DNA of 64,000 nt from Candidatus Poribacteria bacterium. GTDB taxonomy: Bacteria; Poribacteria; WGA-4E; UBA9662. Numbering within the stretch: position 1 is the stretch's first letter; every line of letters starts with the position of its first letter. The stretch lies in assembly GCA_046582655.1 (NCBI GenBank), contig JAYGDX010000346.1:32001-96000 (forward strand), written 5' to 3'. The notes beneath the pieces are model-generated. The model worked only from the letters and a program-made list of their open reading frames with translations. It did not search any database and was not told where the DNA came from. Below, piece after piece: positions 62,752 to 64,000 of the stretch. A program made the position numbers and the translations under genes.

Positions 62752-63684
62752 TTATTCGATCAAAAGATTCATTAAACCATCAGGACGACAAATATCGGTG
62801 GCATCTTCTCTGGATAGTTTGAAGTAACCATCTGCGTGTTCGATAGGTCTTTGCGTTAATAATACTGCGGACTTATCATCGCGATGTATCAGATGAACGT
62901 GACGGCGGTTATTAATACTATGCATATTAATAAAATCATATAGGATTTTTGGTATCGAGCTTAATTGGTTGTCTTTGTGAGGATGGTAGCGTTCTACCAA
63001 TAGAGAAGAACTATTTTTTTCGGCGGCGGTGTTGCTTCTCGCATGGTGGTTGAAAATGTGGTAGACTCGTGCGTTGGCAGGCGTTACTAGCTTAGCCCAC
63101 ACCTTTTTAACTCCCTGCAGTGATCCCTCGAACGGCTGAAAATAATCTGATGTATGGACTTTGATATCAGCAATTTGGTTTGAGTTTGGGATATACTGGC
63201 AGACTAAGGAGTGTGACGATTCAAATGGTAACAGAAAATACGCGTGTTCTACATTCGTATCAATAAAAAGCTTGGTAAATTCAGTAAAAGTTTGGATTTC
63301 CTGGCAAGGTTTATCTGGTTTCTGCAGTGAGTAAAACCAGAAAGAAAAGCGAGCGTTGATGCTTTCATATGTTTCACTGATGGCGTTTTCAAGCTGAACT
63401 GCATCTTCGTAAATTTGGTCAATCAATGTTCCTGCCAGAAAATCAGCATTGTCAATCGTTCTTTCGACGATGGATCTAATATTACGAATGATATGCTCTT
63501 TTCGATCTGCGGCTGTCTCGAAGTAAAGGGGGGAGGAAGTAATGCGATCCAGCTCCCAAAGTGCGCTAGTTGTTTTCTCTAAATCACTTACAGATAAATT
63601 GAGCATTGATTTGATGTTTCTGATCTGTTGGGAGAGCGCATTTAGTTCGGATGAATCGGACTTAATCAACCACTTTTGTTGCAT
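62752..63684 (-). CDS. Hypothetical protein
   Basis: 310-aa ORF co-oriented with the MazG-like gene; no family recognised. Confidence 0.6.
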   Translation of the reverse strand: MQQKWLIKSDSSELNALSQQIRNIKSMLNLSVSDLEKTTSALWELDRITSSPLYFETAADRKEHIIRNIRSIVERTIDNADFLAGTLIDQIYEDAVQLENAISETYESINARFSFWFYSLQKPDKPCQEIQTFTEFTKLFIDTNVEHAYFLLPFESSHSLVCQYIPNSNQIADIKVHTSDYFQPFEGSLQGVKKVWAKLVTPANARVYHIFNHHARSNTAAEKNSSSLLVERYHPHKDNQLSSIPKILYDFINMHSINNRRHVHLIHRDDKSAVLLTQRPIEHADGYFKLSREDATDICRPDGLMNLLIE

Positions 63685-64000
63685 ACGAAATATTTATTTA
63701 TGCTTTATTTTGAAGCTCATGCTATAATTTGGAGTTGGCTACGAGATGAGTAACTGTAACTTTACGACAATTTAAGGAAATTATATAATAGATCTCTAGC
63801 ATAAGTCAAAGAAACAGAAGTTCGGATATTTTTTCGGGTCCACATATTTCCAAGAATCTAGCTGCACCCAGCTAGATTCACTACTTAACATGCAAAAGGT
63901 CTGATGAATAACGGAAAATGGAATGGTTAGTTTTACGTTCTTGATAATAGTTCATTTGGGTTTTAGGGGATAAGAATGGCAAATTGGGGCGAGTTCATTA

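Overview
A bacterial chromosome segment of moderate (roughly low-40s %) GC, most consistent with Candidatus Poribacteria. This taxonomic call is inferred from a secreted protein ending in a Poribacteria-type GKxxTxWxxxK motif, two PhyH dioxygenases, sulfatases, an ASPIC/UnbV protein, a planctomycete-type cytochrome c + DUF1501 pair and three paralogous ~600-650 aa polytopic membrane proteins. The first ~22 kb is accessory and catabolic, with several frameshifted or decayed genes. The middle holds core genes: rpoB-rpoC-ispE-tRNA-Gln-rplY-amidase-GerMN, recX, and infC-rpmI-rplT. The right part mixes envelope and housekeeping genes (moeA, ruvX-mltG-lpxC/fabZ, rsgA, uppS, trpC, MazG-like). Five observations stand out. 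(1) The RNA polymerase beta' gene carries four copies of a Lys-rich 'KLF' repeat module, placed in-frame at two distant sites in swapped order, one of them nested inside an enlarged trigger-loop insertion. (2) The rifamycin pocket of rpoB is naturally substituted (D516Q, S522D and N568S equivalents). (3) An unannotated ~150-190 nt rod-shaped, 6S-like RNA lies upstream of ruvX, preceded by a strong promoter that runs straight into a terminator. (4) ispE apparently starts at ATC. (5) One sulfatase-family enzyme has Thr in place of the Cys/Ser nucleophile. No CRISPR array, rRNA, prophage or IS element was seen.
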